Of a stretch of DNA of 44,986 nt, positions 1 through 8,365 are shown piece after piece (position 1 is the first letter of the stretch; every line of letters starts with the position of its first letter). The stretch is taken from positions 1 through 44,986 of the forward strand of contig JBFXGD010000009.1 of assembly GCA_050178385.1 (NCBI GenBank), read 5' to 3'. The notes below the pieces were generated by a model. That model searched no databases. It was given only the letters and a program-made list of their open reading frames with translations, and had not been told where the DNA came from. Both the position numbers and the translations under genes were made by a program. The DNA comes from Calditrichaceae bacterium (lineage in GTDB: Bacteria; Calditrichota; Calditrichia; Calditrichales; JBFXGD01).

Positions 1-522
1 AATGGGCGCGTAAAAATATCCAGGATCAGTGACGAAGGAAGGGAAGTGATACTGTCTATTCTGTGTGACGGGGATTTTTTTGGGGAAATGTCCATTCTGG
101 ACGGACAAACACGAAGCGCAAACGCTGTGACATTGGAAGATACCGAATTATTGATTATACGAAGAGAAGATTTTTTAACTGTTCTATATGATTATCCTCA
201 GATCGCTATAAATTTGCTAAAAGAGCTTGCTCATCGTCTGAGGAGAAGCGATTCACAAATAAAAAGCCTGTCCTTGCAGAATGCATTGGGAAAAGTAGCA
301 TCCACTTTGTTACGTATCGCAGATGATTCCGGCACCATAAAACAGGGACAGGTGGAAATCTCACAATTGCCTCCCCAACAGGATCTGGCCAATATGGCAG
401 GGACAAGCCGTGAAACTATTTCGCGGGTTATCAAGTCACTTAGTCAACTCGGCTATGTAAGGAAAGAGGGAAGTAAACTCATAATTATTGATTATAATCG
501 ATTCAGGCAGGATTTTTCATAA
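1..522 (+). CDS. CRP/FNR-family transcriptional regulator (5'-truncated by window edge)
   Basis: Frame 1 is open from base 1 (NGRVKISRISDEGREVILS...). It has a cNMP pocket motif FFGEMSILDGQTRSA and a C-terminal HTH QQDLANMAGTSRETISR. Confidence 0.95.
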   Translation, partial: NGRVKISRISDEGREVILSILCDGDFFGEMSILDGQTRSANAVTLEDTELLIIRREDFLTVLYDYPQIAINLLKELAHRLRRSDSQIKSLSLQNALGKVASTLLRIADDSGTIKQGQVEISQLPPQQDLANMAGTSRETISRVIKSLSQLGYVRKEGSKLIIIDYNRFRQDFS

Positions 523-543
523 TTTCAGGATTTTTAGCATTTT

Positions 544-2655
544 ATGAATGCTACACAAACGAATATTGGACTGGTTTCGAGCGACAAAGGGCGTATAGAA
601 AAATATAGTACTATCTTATCGGATCCAACCAACAAATTATTTATAAATTCTCTCAAATCGGCTTTTAAAAACGCATTGATTGAATATCCTCTCGAAGTTG
701 TGATTGTTGACGCGTTTTCGGAACCGGACTTTGATTTTCGCGCTATAGAGAGTTTTCGCAATCAGAAAAAACTGGTTAACATTCCGTTCATATTTTTACT
801 TTCTTCAGGGCAGCAGGCCTTAAAAAGACAAATTTTTAAAAACACGCATAATTTAATCCTCATCGAACCGGTGGATAAGTTTGAATTTCTTTCGCTGATT
901 ACAAGTACTATCCATTTAAGCCAGATCGAAAGACGTGTTCTTTTATATAAAGATATCATAGAGGGTGAAAAACGGCTTATTTCATCAATGGACGAGATTC
1001 TTGAGATCAACAGAATCATTCAGATTAAAGATGAAGCAAAAGTTTTCCACTATCTGGAGCATGATTTCGCAAAAAGAATGGAATTGGCGCTTGCTGTCGA
1101 AATCGCCATGTTCGCGATTTACGACCCGAATAATATAAACCTGACGATAAACATTTATGAGGATTCCGGCAGTACTCTCCAAAAAAAATTAGCGTTATCG
1201 CTTAAAAAATCTAAGATTCTTAAAAATCTTATTGAAAACCACCCCCGTATTTTTGAATATGATGAATGTAATGATCCCTTTATCCAGGATTTGGAAGAAT
1301 CTCTTGGATTTAAAATTTCAAGTCTGATGATCATTCCTTTTTCGGTTTTTCATGAGCCGCGCGGCGGTTTTATACTGCTGAATAAATTATACAGACGTGA
1401 ATTTTCGGAAAATGATCTGGCCTTCGCGCTGGTAGCTGCAAGAAAAATTATTTTTCATCTGGAAGAATTATATATTAACGAAGATGATCTTCATTCCATA
1501 AGAGGCATGAAGTTAATTCCGGGAAGGACTGAGGAAGTTCTTGCTGACTGGAAGCTCTACCAGACAATGCTGGAAGCCGTGCAGTTTGGGATTGTCGTTT
1601 TTGATAAACCGTACCAAGTATATTATTTGAATAAATCTGCCAGACGCTTGCTGCAGATAGCTGATGATGGAGATGCGTCGACTCTTAAACAATTGTTCGA
1701 ACCGGAAGCATTCAAGCATATTATCAGTACAATTAATGATGATTCACTTCCTGTAATACGTCAGGAAATTCAAATTTCCATGAAGAATGTTCCAGACCTG
1801 TTCATCGGTTATAGTGTTTACGGTCTTGATGTTTATAATTCTAAGAAAAGATATATACTCGTGTTTTCAGAAATATCACAGAAAAAAAAGATACAGGCTG
1901 AAATAATACGAATGGACCGGATGGCTTCGCTCGGCATCCTCAGTTCGGGATTTGCCCATGAAGTTCGTAATCCGCTTGCCGGAATTAAGTCCATGGCGCA
2001 GGTACTCGAAGAAGAAATGGATGATGAACCGACAAAACAGGAATATGTAAAAAGAATTATCCGGCAGGTTAACCGGCTTGATGATCTGTTAAAAGCGTTT
2101 TTTACTTACGCGAAACCAGTAAAGCCAGATCCCAAATCCTGTCCCATCAAAAAAATCGTTCAGGAAGTACTCCCGCTTTTTGAACGAAAAATGCGTGAAC
2201 AAAATATAAACGTCCGGCAGCATTATACCCGGGATTTGGATAACATTTTTGTTGACTCTAACCAGATTGAGCAGGTTATTTTTAATCTTATTATTAATGC
2301 CCTTGATGCAATGCCGGAGGGAGGAGAGCTGGCTATTGAAGCCGAAAATGCACAGCAGCTGTTACCCATGATTGACCGAAGACAGAGAATACCCGGTTTA
2401 TTTTCGGATGAATATATTCAGATAACCATTTCAGATACCGGTGTCGGCCTTGAGTCCGATTTAAGAGATAAGATTTTTGATCCGTTTTTCACTACAAAAT
2501 CTAACGGGACCGGATTGGGATTATCAATTGTGTATCAGATTATAAGAGAACACGGCGGTCAGATTAGTGTGGAAGGTAAGCAGGGTGAAGGAACTCAATT
2601 TATAATCCTTCTGCCCGCGGTGGCGCCTGAACAAAGAGATGAAATTATACAGTAA
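544..2655 (+). CDS. Cytoplasmic sensor histidine kinase (degenerate receiver - GAF-like - PAS-like - HisKA - HATPase)
   Basis: H-box FAHEVRNPLAGI, N-box NALDAM, G1 DTGVG, F-box IFDPFFTTK, G2 GTGLGL. GAF-like segment LMIIPF..GGFILLNK..FSEND; PAS-like segment GIVVFD..YLNKSARRLL. No transmembrane helix seen. Confidence 0.92.
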   Translation: MNATQTNIGLVSSDKGRIEKYSTILSDPTNKLFINSLKSAFKNALIEYPLEVVIVDAFSEPDFDFRAIESFRNQKKLVNIPFIFLLSSGQQALKRQIFKNTHNLILIEPVDKFEFLSLITSTIHLSQIERRVLLYKDIIEGEKRLISSMDEILEINRIIQIKDEAKVFHYLEHDFAKRMELALAVEIAMFAIYDPNNINLTINIYEDSGSTLQKKLALSLKKSKILKNLIENHPRIFEYDECNDPFIQDLEESLGFKISSLMIIPFSVFHEPRGGFILLNKLYRREFSENDLAFALVAARKIIFHLEELYINEDDLHSIRGMKLIPGRTEEVLADWKLYQTMLEAVQFGIVVFDKPYQVYYLNKSARRLLQIADDGDASTLKQLFEPEAFKHIISTINDDSLPVIRQEIQISMKNVPDLFIGYSVYGLDVYNSKKRYILVFSEISQKKKIQAEIIRMDRMASLGILSSGFAHEVRNPLAGIKSMAQVLEEEMDDEPTKQEYVKRIIRQVNRLDDLLKAFFTYAKPVKPDPKSCPIKKIVQEVLPLFERKMREQNINVRQHYTRDLDNIFVDSNQIEQVIFNLIINALDAMPEGGELAIEAENAQQLLPMIDRRQRIPGLFSDEYIQITISDTGVGLESDLRDKIFDPFFTTKSNGTGLGLSIVYQIIREHGGQISVEGKQGEGTQFIILLPAVAPEQRDEIIQ

Positions 2656-2723
2656 CATTTTGGTTTTAAACTCATTATCTCACACCTTTTCGATAAAGAG
2701 ATGAGAATTTTAGAGGAATTTAA

Positions 2724-3506
2724 ATGACCCATATAGCCCTGATTCTGTTTGTCGGAATACTGGTCGGTCTAATGAGTTCAACTCTTGGCCTGGGCGGCGG
2801 TATTGTTATCGTTCCCGCGCTGACACTCTATTTCGGATTTTTTCAGCAGGAGGCGATTGCAACAAGTTTGATGACAATCGTTTTCGTGACAATTCTAAAT
2901 GTGACCCGATTTCAGATTCAAAAACAGATTGAATGGAATGTGGTCTTGTCCATCGCGCTTTTCTCATCTCTGTCATCGGCTTCCGCGGGAGTACTTGCCG
3001 TATTTTTATCCGAAAAAATTCTTATTACCATCTTTGCTTTATTTATATTTTTCCTGGCGTATAAAACATTCAAAATCCGGCCTGCCGCAAATCCGGGCAG
3101 CCCTGCCAAATCCCAGCTCGGCGCATCAGCGAGAATTGGCGTTATCAGCGGGACAATATCAGGTGTCACGGGAATCGGCGGAGGCGGGATAACAACGCCG
3201 TTAATTTTAACCAATAATCTGGCTGATAATACAAAAGTTGTTCCCATTTCAAATGCGATCATGTTGTTCACCACCAGTTTCGGGACACTCGCTTTTGCGT
3301 TTATGCATCATGATCATGCAAGCGCCTGGCAGTTCGGTTATGTACATATAGATACGGCTCTTTTAATTTTTGCCGGAGCTTTTCCGGCGGCATATTTTGG
3401 ATCGTATTTTCAACATAAATTGTCGCTGACTCTAAGAAAAATATTCCTGGGGGGTATGCTGACAATTATAGGTATCAGGCTGTTATTAAAATTATTGGGA
3501 ATTTAA
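2724..3506 (+). CDS. Sulfite exporter TauE/SafE (TSUP) family membrane protein
   Basis: Duplicated motifs GLGGGIVIVP and GIGGGGITTP, about 8 hydrophobic helices, SD GAGG upstream. Confidence 0.88.
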   Translation: MTHIALILFVGILVGLMSSTLGLGGGIVIVPALTLYFGFFQQEAIATSLMTIVFVTILNVTRFQIQKQIEWNVVLSIALFSSLSSASAGVLAVFLSEKILITIFALFIFFLAYKTFKIRPAANPGSPAKSQLGASARIGVISGTISGVTGIGGGGITTPLILTNNLADNTKVVPISNAIMLFTTSFGTLAFAFMHHDHASAWQFGYVHIDTALLIFAGAFPAAYFGSYFQHKLSLTLRKIFLGGMLTIIGIRLLLKLLGI

Positions 3507-3658
3507 AGGAATCGGACGGTAAAATTTTGAAAAACCTGATGATTTGTCTCCCTTATGAAGGGGAAAAACAGCTTTACTTGTAACGGTGTATTGAGTATCT
3601 TAAATTTTTTCAGTTTTATTTTAACTAAGTAAATCTTCATTAAAATGAGGAAGTGCGT

Positions 3659-5674
3659 ATGGATCATCAAGTATCAGGAAAAGGGCTACCGGAAAATGCA
3701 TACCGGTTTCTAAAAGACGGTGAAGTGTATAAGCCCGTTGTCCCGGAAAATGCTCCTCTGCCGGAAGTTACCAAATATTCTCTGTTCTGGGGAATGTTTT
3801 ACGCGGTTTTATTTTCTGCTGCAGCAGCCTATTTAGGATTGAAAATCGGCCAGGTCTTTGAAGCGGCAATTCCCATAGCGATATTGGCTGTTGGACTTTC
3901 CTCATTGATGAAAAGAAAAAATGCGCTTTCGGAGAACGTAATTGTTCAATCAATAGGTTCCAGTTCAGGGGTAATTGTGGCCGGGGCGATATTCACCATT
4001 CCCGGATTATATATCCTCGGTCTGGACGCTTCCTTTTTGCAGGTGTTTTTAGCTTCTTTATTTGGTGGTATGCTGGGAATACTGTTTTTAATTCCTTTCA
4101 GGAGATATTTTGTTAAAGACATGCACGGGGAATTCCCCTTTCCGGAAGCGACCGCTACGACTGAAATCCTGGTGGCCGGAGAAAGTGGCGGTAATCAGGC
4201 AAAAATATTACTTAAAGCTCTTGTAATAGGCGGATTGTACGATTTCCTGGTTTCAGGTTTCGGCTTGTGGAAAGAAGTTGTTTCCACCCGGGTTTTTGAA
4301 TGGGGACAGAAACTGGCCGCAGCCACGCGGCTTGAATTTAATATGAATATCGGCGCGGCAGTAATGGGTTTAGGATATATTGTAGGCTTAAAATATGCGT
4401 TAATTATCGCCAGTGGCTCTTTTCTTGCTTGGTGGGTATTAATTCCAAGCATGTTTTATATAGGACAATTTAATCCGGTACCCATATTAAACGCGACCAA
4501 ACCGATCGCTGATATGCTGCCGGGTGAAATATTCAGTACCTATGTAAGGCACATAGGGATCGGTGGTATAGCCGCGGCGGGTATCATTGGAATTATTAAA
4601 TCACGTAAAATTATTGCTGCCGCTTTCAAATTGGCTATAAATGAAATTGGCGGTAAGGGTGTCGGGCATGAATCCGGTAACAAGGTTGAGCGCACGCAGA
4701 CTGATATCAGTATGAAATGGCTGGTTGTCCTTCTGGTCAGCGCTCTGTTGGGCGTCCTGGTATTCTTCCTGGTTCTTGTGGTGGACGGAAATATTCTTCA
4801 CGCGACTGTAGGGCTGGCTATTGTGACTATTGTGGCCTTTCTGTTTACTACGGTGGCGGCAAGAGCAATCGCTATTGTCGGAAGTAATCCGGTTTCGGGC
4901 ATGACATTAATGACTCTGATCATTTCATCTGTCATTTTGGTTAGTGTGGGACTTAAAGGCGAGCAGGGAATGATCGCCGCGCTCATAATAGGCGGTGTTG
5001 TATGTACGGCTCTTTCAATGGCAGGCGGGTTTATAACAGATCTTAAAATTGGATACTGGCTTGGCACGACACCACGCACACAGCAGCGATATAAATTCCT
5101 TGGCACTCTCTTAGCCGCGATGTCCGTAGGCGGAGTTATCTTTATGCTCCATCAAACATACGGTTTTGGTCCAGGCGGATTAGAGGCGCCGCAAGCATCA
5201 GCAATGGCTGCGGTACTGGAGCCGTTAATGACCGGACAACCGGCGCCATGGATTTTGTATCTGGCGGGTATCATTCTTGCCACAGTTCTTGAGTTTTTAG
5301 GGATACCGCCGCTGGCATTCGCTTTGGGAATGTATCTGCCTCTTTATTTAAATACGCCTGTACTCGCGGGAGGTATTATAGCGCATTTGGTGGCTAAAAG
5401 CACATCCGATTCCGCGCTGCAATCAGCAAGGAAAGAACGTGGAACACTCATTGCTTCCGGATTTATCGCGGGAGGCGCGATTATGGGTGTATTGGCTGCG
5501 TCCATGGTCTTCATTGGGCAGTCTTTTACAGGTAACAGCGATTGGAACATGATGAAGGCGATCGGGACAGATCACTGGGCAGAATCAGCTCCTGCCGAGA
5601 TATTAAGTTTCTTTATGTTTGCATTAATTCTTTTCTATATGTTGTGGGATGCTAAACGGGCAAAAACTGAATAA
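3659..5674 (+). CDS. OPT-family oligopeptide transporter
   Basis: Motifs YLGLKIGQVFEAAIP, FPFPEATATTEIL, NPVSGMTLMT and DLKIGYWLG, with many TM helices. ATG 3659 is better spaced from SD GAGG than GTG 3653. Confidence 0.93.
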   Translation: MDHQVSGKGLPENAYRFLKDGEVYKPVVPENAPLPEVTKYSLFWGMFYAVLFSAAAAYLGLKIGQVFEAAIPIAILAVGLSSLMKRKNALSENVIVQSIGSSSGVIVAGAIFTIPGLYILGLDASFLQVFLASLFGGMLGILFLIPFRRYFVKDMHGEFPFPEATATTEILVAGESGGNQAKILLKALVIGGLYDFLVSGFGLWKEVVSTRVFEWGQKLAAATRLEFNMNIGAAVMGLGYIVGLKYALIIASGSFLAWWVLIPSMFYIGQFNPVPILNATKPIADMLPGEIFSTYVRHIGIGGIAAAGIIGIIKSRKIIAAAFKLAINEIGGKGVGHESGNKVERTQTDISMKWLVVLLVSALLGVLVFFLVLVVDGNILHATVGLAIVTIVAFLFTTVAARAIAIVGSNPVSGMTLMTLIISSVILVSVGLKGEQGMIAALIIGGVVCTALSMAGGFITDLKIGYWLGTTPRTQQRYKFLGTLLAAMSVGGVIFMLHQTYGFGPGGLEAPQASAMAAVLEPLMTGQPAPWILYLAGIILATVLEFLGIPPLAFALGMYLPLYLNTPVLAGGIIAHLVAKSTSDSALQSARKERGTLIASGFIAGGAIMGVLAASMVFIGQSFTGNSDWNMMKAIGTDHWAESAPAEILSFFMFALILFYMLWDAKRAKTE

Positions 5675-5693
5675 AATAATTGCCGATATCATC

Positions 5694-5736
5694 AGAGAAT
5701 CGGATTGAGTTATAAAATCCGGTTCTCTTTTTTTTT
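5694..5736 (+). terminator. Rho-independent terminator after OPT gene
   Basis: Stem AGAGAATCGGATT / AATCCGGTTCTCT followed by a long T run. Confidence 0.88.
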
Positions 5737-5780
5737 GAAAGAAAAAATAACGGTCTGGTTTAGTGCTTACCATATTATTG

Positions 5781-5809
5781 TTGACTGAAAAAAATCGATT
5801 GGTTAAATT
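5781..5809 (+). promoter_or_regulatory. Putative sigma70 promoter for the small-ORF/cNMP-DUF4388 operon
   Basis: TTGACT-17 nt-TAAATT, just downstream of the OPT terminator. Confidence 0.6.
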
Positions 5810-5884
5810 GCCCTTGCTTACAGTTCGTATTCGGGATAGTTTAACTATATAGTGTGTTTAATCTTTTCATTTGGTGGAGGTATT

Positions 5885-6076
5885 TTGTTTTTTCCGCAAA
5901 AACAGCGCAGGTCGTTGGATATTGAAGGCAGATTTGCAGAGCGACAACAGGAAGGCGGTGTAAAGAGACGGATTAAATTCGACAGACTTCCCCGTCGAAA
6001 GGTTAAACCAATCTGGTGGATAGTAATCGTATTTTTAATCGTGGCATACCTATTTTTTTTCTTGAAAGAAATTTGA
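5885..6076 (+). CDS. Small basic protein with C-terminal membrane anchor (63 aa), function unknown
   Basis: SD GGAGG at 5876-5880 precedes an in-frame TTG at 5885. Arg/Lys-rich N-terminus, then hydrophobic IWWIVIVFLIVAYLFFFL. Confidence 0.7.
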   Translation: MFFPQKQRRSLDIEGRFAERQQEGGVKRRIKFDRLPRRKVKPIWWIVIVFLIVAYLFFFLKEI

Positions 6077-6100
6077 CCCAGCTGCTCTGGAGGCGCAAAA

Positions 6101-7189
6101 ATGATTCAAATCAGTAAAGTGTTAAAGCAGGTTCCCATTTTTAGAATGTTAGGGAAGGAGAGTATTGATTTTATCGTGGAGCGGCTAAAATTTAAAACGT
6201 TTGATGCCGCCGAAACGATCTGCAAAATTGGTGATCCTGGTGATGAGATGTATATTATCATTACCGGCGAGGTAAAAATTTGCATATACGGTGACGGTGG
6301 AAAAACAGAACAAGTCGTCGCGAAATTGGGATCAGGCGATTATTTCGGTGAAATGTCACTGCTAACCGGTGACACACGTTCCGCCTCTGTAATCGCGACC
6401 GAGCCGGCCGAAATGTTTATCCTTTACAAAAACGACTTTGATGTAATTCTTGAAAAATATCCTTCTATTTCTCTCAGTATGGGAAAAATTGTGAGTCAAA
6501 GGCTGAGAGAAACATTAAAGAAAGCAACTCTTCCGGATATAAATAAGCTTGAGGCATCAAAAGAAGGTCCATCCGGAAGTCTTGATGACATTTCACTGGT
6601 CGAGTTGATCAGTTTTTGCGAGACCAATTCACTAACGGGCAGTATGGAGTTAAAAGATAATGGTCAAAAGGGAATGTTTGAATTTGAGAGTGGAGAACTT
6701 GTAAAAGTAGCGCTTGGGAACATAAAAGATGATAAAGCGCTGGATACCATGTTGTCATGGACCGAAGGCCAATTCGAAATTCGGGTGAGGCCCTTGACTA
6801 TCGGGAAAAAAGATTCGCAAATACCCGTCAAAGAAGAAATTAAGAAGATATTGATTGTGAACAATTCTCTTGTCGTCCGCAAGGTAATTGAAAGAGCGTT
6901 TAACGGGCTTGGATATAGCGTGAAATCGTCTCAGAATATTGGAGAATCCATTTCCTTAATAGACAATGAAATTCCGGATGTGATTATCTCAGACATCAAA
7001 CTGCCGGATGGCGATGGACTCGTTTTTGTGGAAAGAGCGCGCAAAGACATCAATATTCCGTTTATTTTTATCGCCGATAATTCGGTCAAAGCCGACATCG
7101 AAAAAGAAATCCGTCAGTTATCAGATGTTGAGTTAACCAAAACCCATGAAGTGAGTGAAATTGTGAAATTAGTAGAGAATATGATATAG
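6101..7189 (+). CDS. cNMP-binding + DUF4388 (PatA_N-like) + atypical receiver domain protein
   Basis: cNMP motif GDYFGEMSLLTGDTRSA. DUF4388 pattern SGSLDDISLVELISFCE..LTG..FESGEL..MLSWTEGQF. C-terminal REC-like KILIVNNS..PDVIISDIKLPDGDG. SD GGAGG upstream. Confidence 0.88.
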   Translation: MIQISKVLKQVPIFRMLGKESIDFIVERLKFKTFDAAETICKIGDPGDEMYIIITGEVKICIYGDGGKTEQVVAKLGSGDYFGEMSLLTGDTRSASVIATEPAEMFILYKNDFDVILEKYPSISLSMGKIVSQRLRETLKKATLPDINKLEASKEGPSGSLDDISLVELISFCETNSLTGSMELKDNGQKGMFEFESGELVKVALGNIKDDKALDTMLSWTEGQFEIRVRPLTIGKKDSQIPVKEEIKKILIVNNSLVVRKVIERAFNGLGYSVKSSQNIGESISLIDNEIPDVIISDIKLPDGDGLVFVERARKDINIPFIFIADNSVKADIEKEIRQLSDVELTKTHEVSEIVKLVENMI

Positions 7190-8320
7190 ATGAAATCAGG
7201 ATCGATAGAACAGTTAAAAAAAATCCCGCTTTTTGAAGCAATTCCTGATGAAGAATTAGGATTAATCGCGTCAAAGATGGAATTGGAGTCTTATAAAAAA
7301 GGCGATCACATCATAAGCGCAGGTGACTCCGGTAATTACATCTATCTTATTCAAAAAGGCAGAGTAAAGGTACTTGCAAATCTTCAGGATGAAAATGATG
7401 AGATAGTTTTGTCCTATCTGGAAAAAGGTGATCATTTTGGCGAAATGGCTTTGATAACAGGGGAACCGCGGTCGGCTACAGTGATTGCCGAATCGGATCT
7501 GGATGTTTTGAAACTCGGGAAATCCGAATTTGATAACCTGCTTCTCAAAAATCCCCGGATCTCAATCAATCTGACACATTTGCTTAGTCAGCGCCTGGTG
7601 AACGCTAATATCGCCAGGGAGCAGACAGAAAGATATTATAAAAACAAATTTATTCCAAAAGGGAGACTGCGGGATACAGGTGTAATAAGATTGCTTAAAT
7701 ATGCCGAGGAAAATTCTCTTTCTGGAAAAATAATCATTAAACACGACGAAAAAGTGGCGTTCTTTGAATTCCAGAAAGGCCAGCTCAGCAATCTGGATTT
7801 TGAGAATAAAAATGAAGATGCGGCAATGGATGTTATTCTTGAATGGAGTGACGGCGAATATATTATTGAAACGAACATATTTTCTGCAGCCGATGAAGGC
7901 AGACAAACGGCTAAGGAAGAAGCAACCTCCGGAGAGAAAATGAAAATTGATGAAATTTTTAAGAGTTATACAACCGAAAAATTTACAGAGCTCATTCATT
8001 TTTCCGGTTCGAAATCGACACAAAGCGCATTAAACAGAAGTTATCATAGATTCGAGAGTTATTTTGATATTTCTAAAGAGATACAAATAAAAACAGATCC
8101 TGAACTTTCCGTTTCCATCACGCCCGGCGGAGAGTGGAGCGAAAAACATACGCTGTTTATGGCGATCCTTCTGCGTGATGTTATCGGCGCTGTAGAACGA
8201 GACGTTGTCGGGATGCGCTTCTGGACACCAAAATCAAAACTAAAATCGATAAACAGGGAACTGGAAGCACTCCAGTTCTTTGATTATTATGATCAGGCGA
8301 CAGAGTTTGTTAAAATTTAA
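7190..8320 (+). CDS. cNMP-binding + DUF4388 + uncharacterised C-terminal domain protein
   Basis: cNMP motif GDHFGEMALITGEPRSA. DUF4388 pattern KGRLRDTGVIRLLKYAE..LSG..FQKGQL..ILEWSDGEY. Starts immediately after the TAG of the previous gene. Confidence 0.88.
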   Translation: MKSGSIEQLKKIPLFEAIPDEELGLIASKMELESYKKGDHIISAGDSGNYIYLIQKGRVKVLANLQDENDEIVLSYLEKGDHFGEMALITGEPRSATVIAESDLDVLKLGKSEFDNLLLKNPRISINLTHLLSQRLVNANIAREQTERYYKNKFIPKGRLRDTGVIRLLKYAEENSLSGKIIIKHDEKVAFFEFQKGQLSNLDFENKNEDAAMDVILEWSDGEYIIETNIFSAADEGRQTAKEEATSGEKMKIDEIFKSYTTEKFTELIHFSGSKSTQSALNRSYHRFESYFDISKEIQIKTDPELSVSITPGGEWSEKHTLFMAILLRDVIGAVERDVVGMRFWTPKSKLKSINRELEALQFFDYYDQATEFVKI

Positions 8321-8365
8321 GTTATATCAGTTCTACTGTTTTTCTGAACTTGTACAGGATGTTTT

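Noticed and set aside
8321..8365. Bidirectional terminator between the convergent cNMP and LOG genes
   Set aside because: There is only a weak AGTTC/GAACT stem with a long loop, which is not enough to call.
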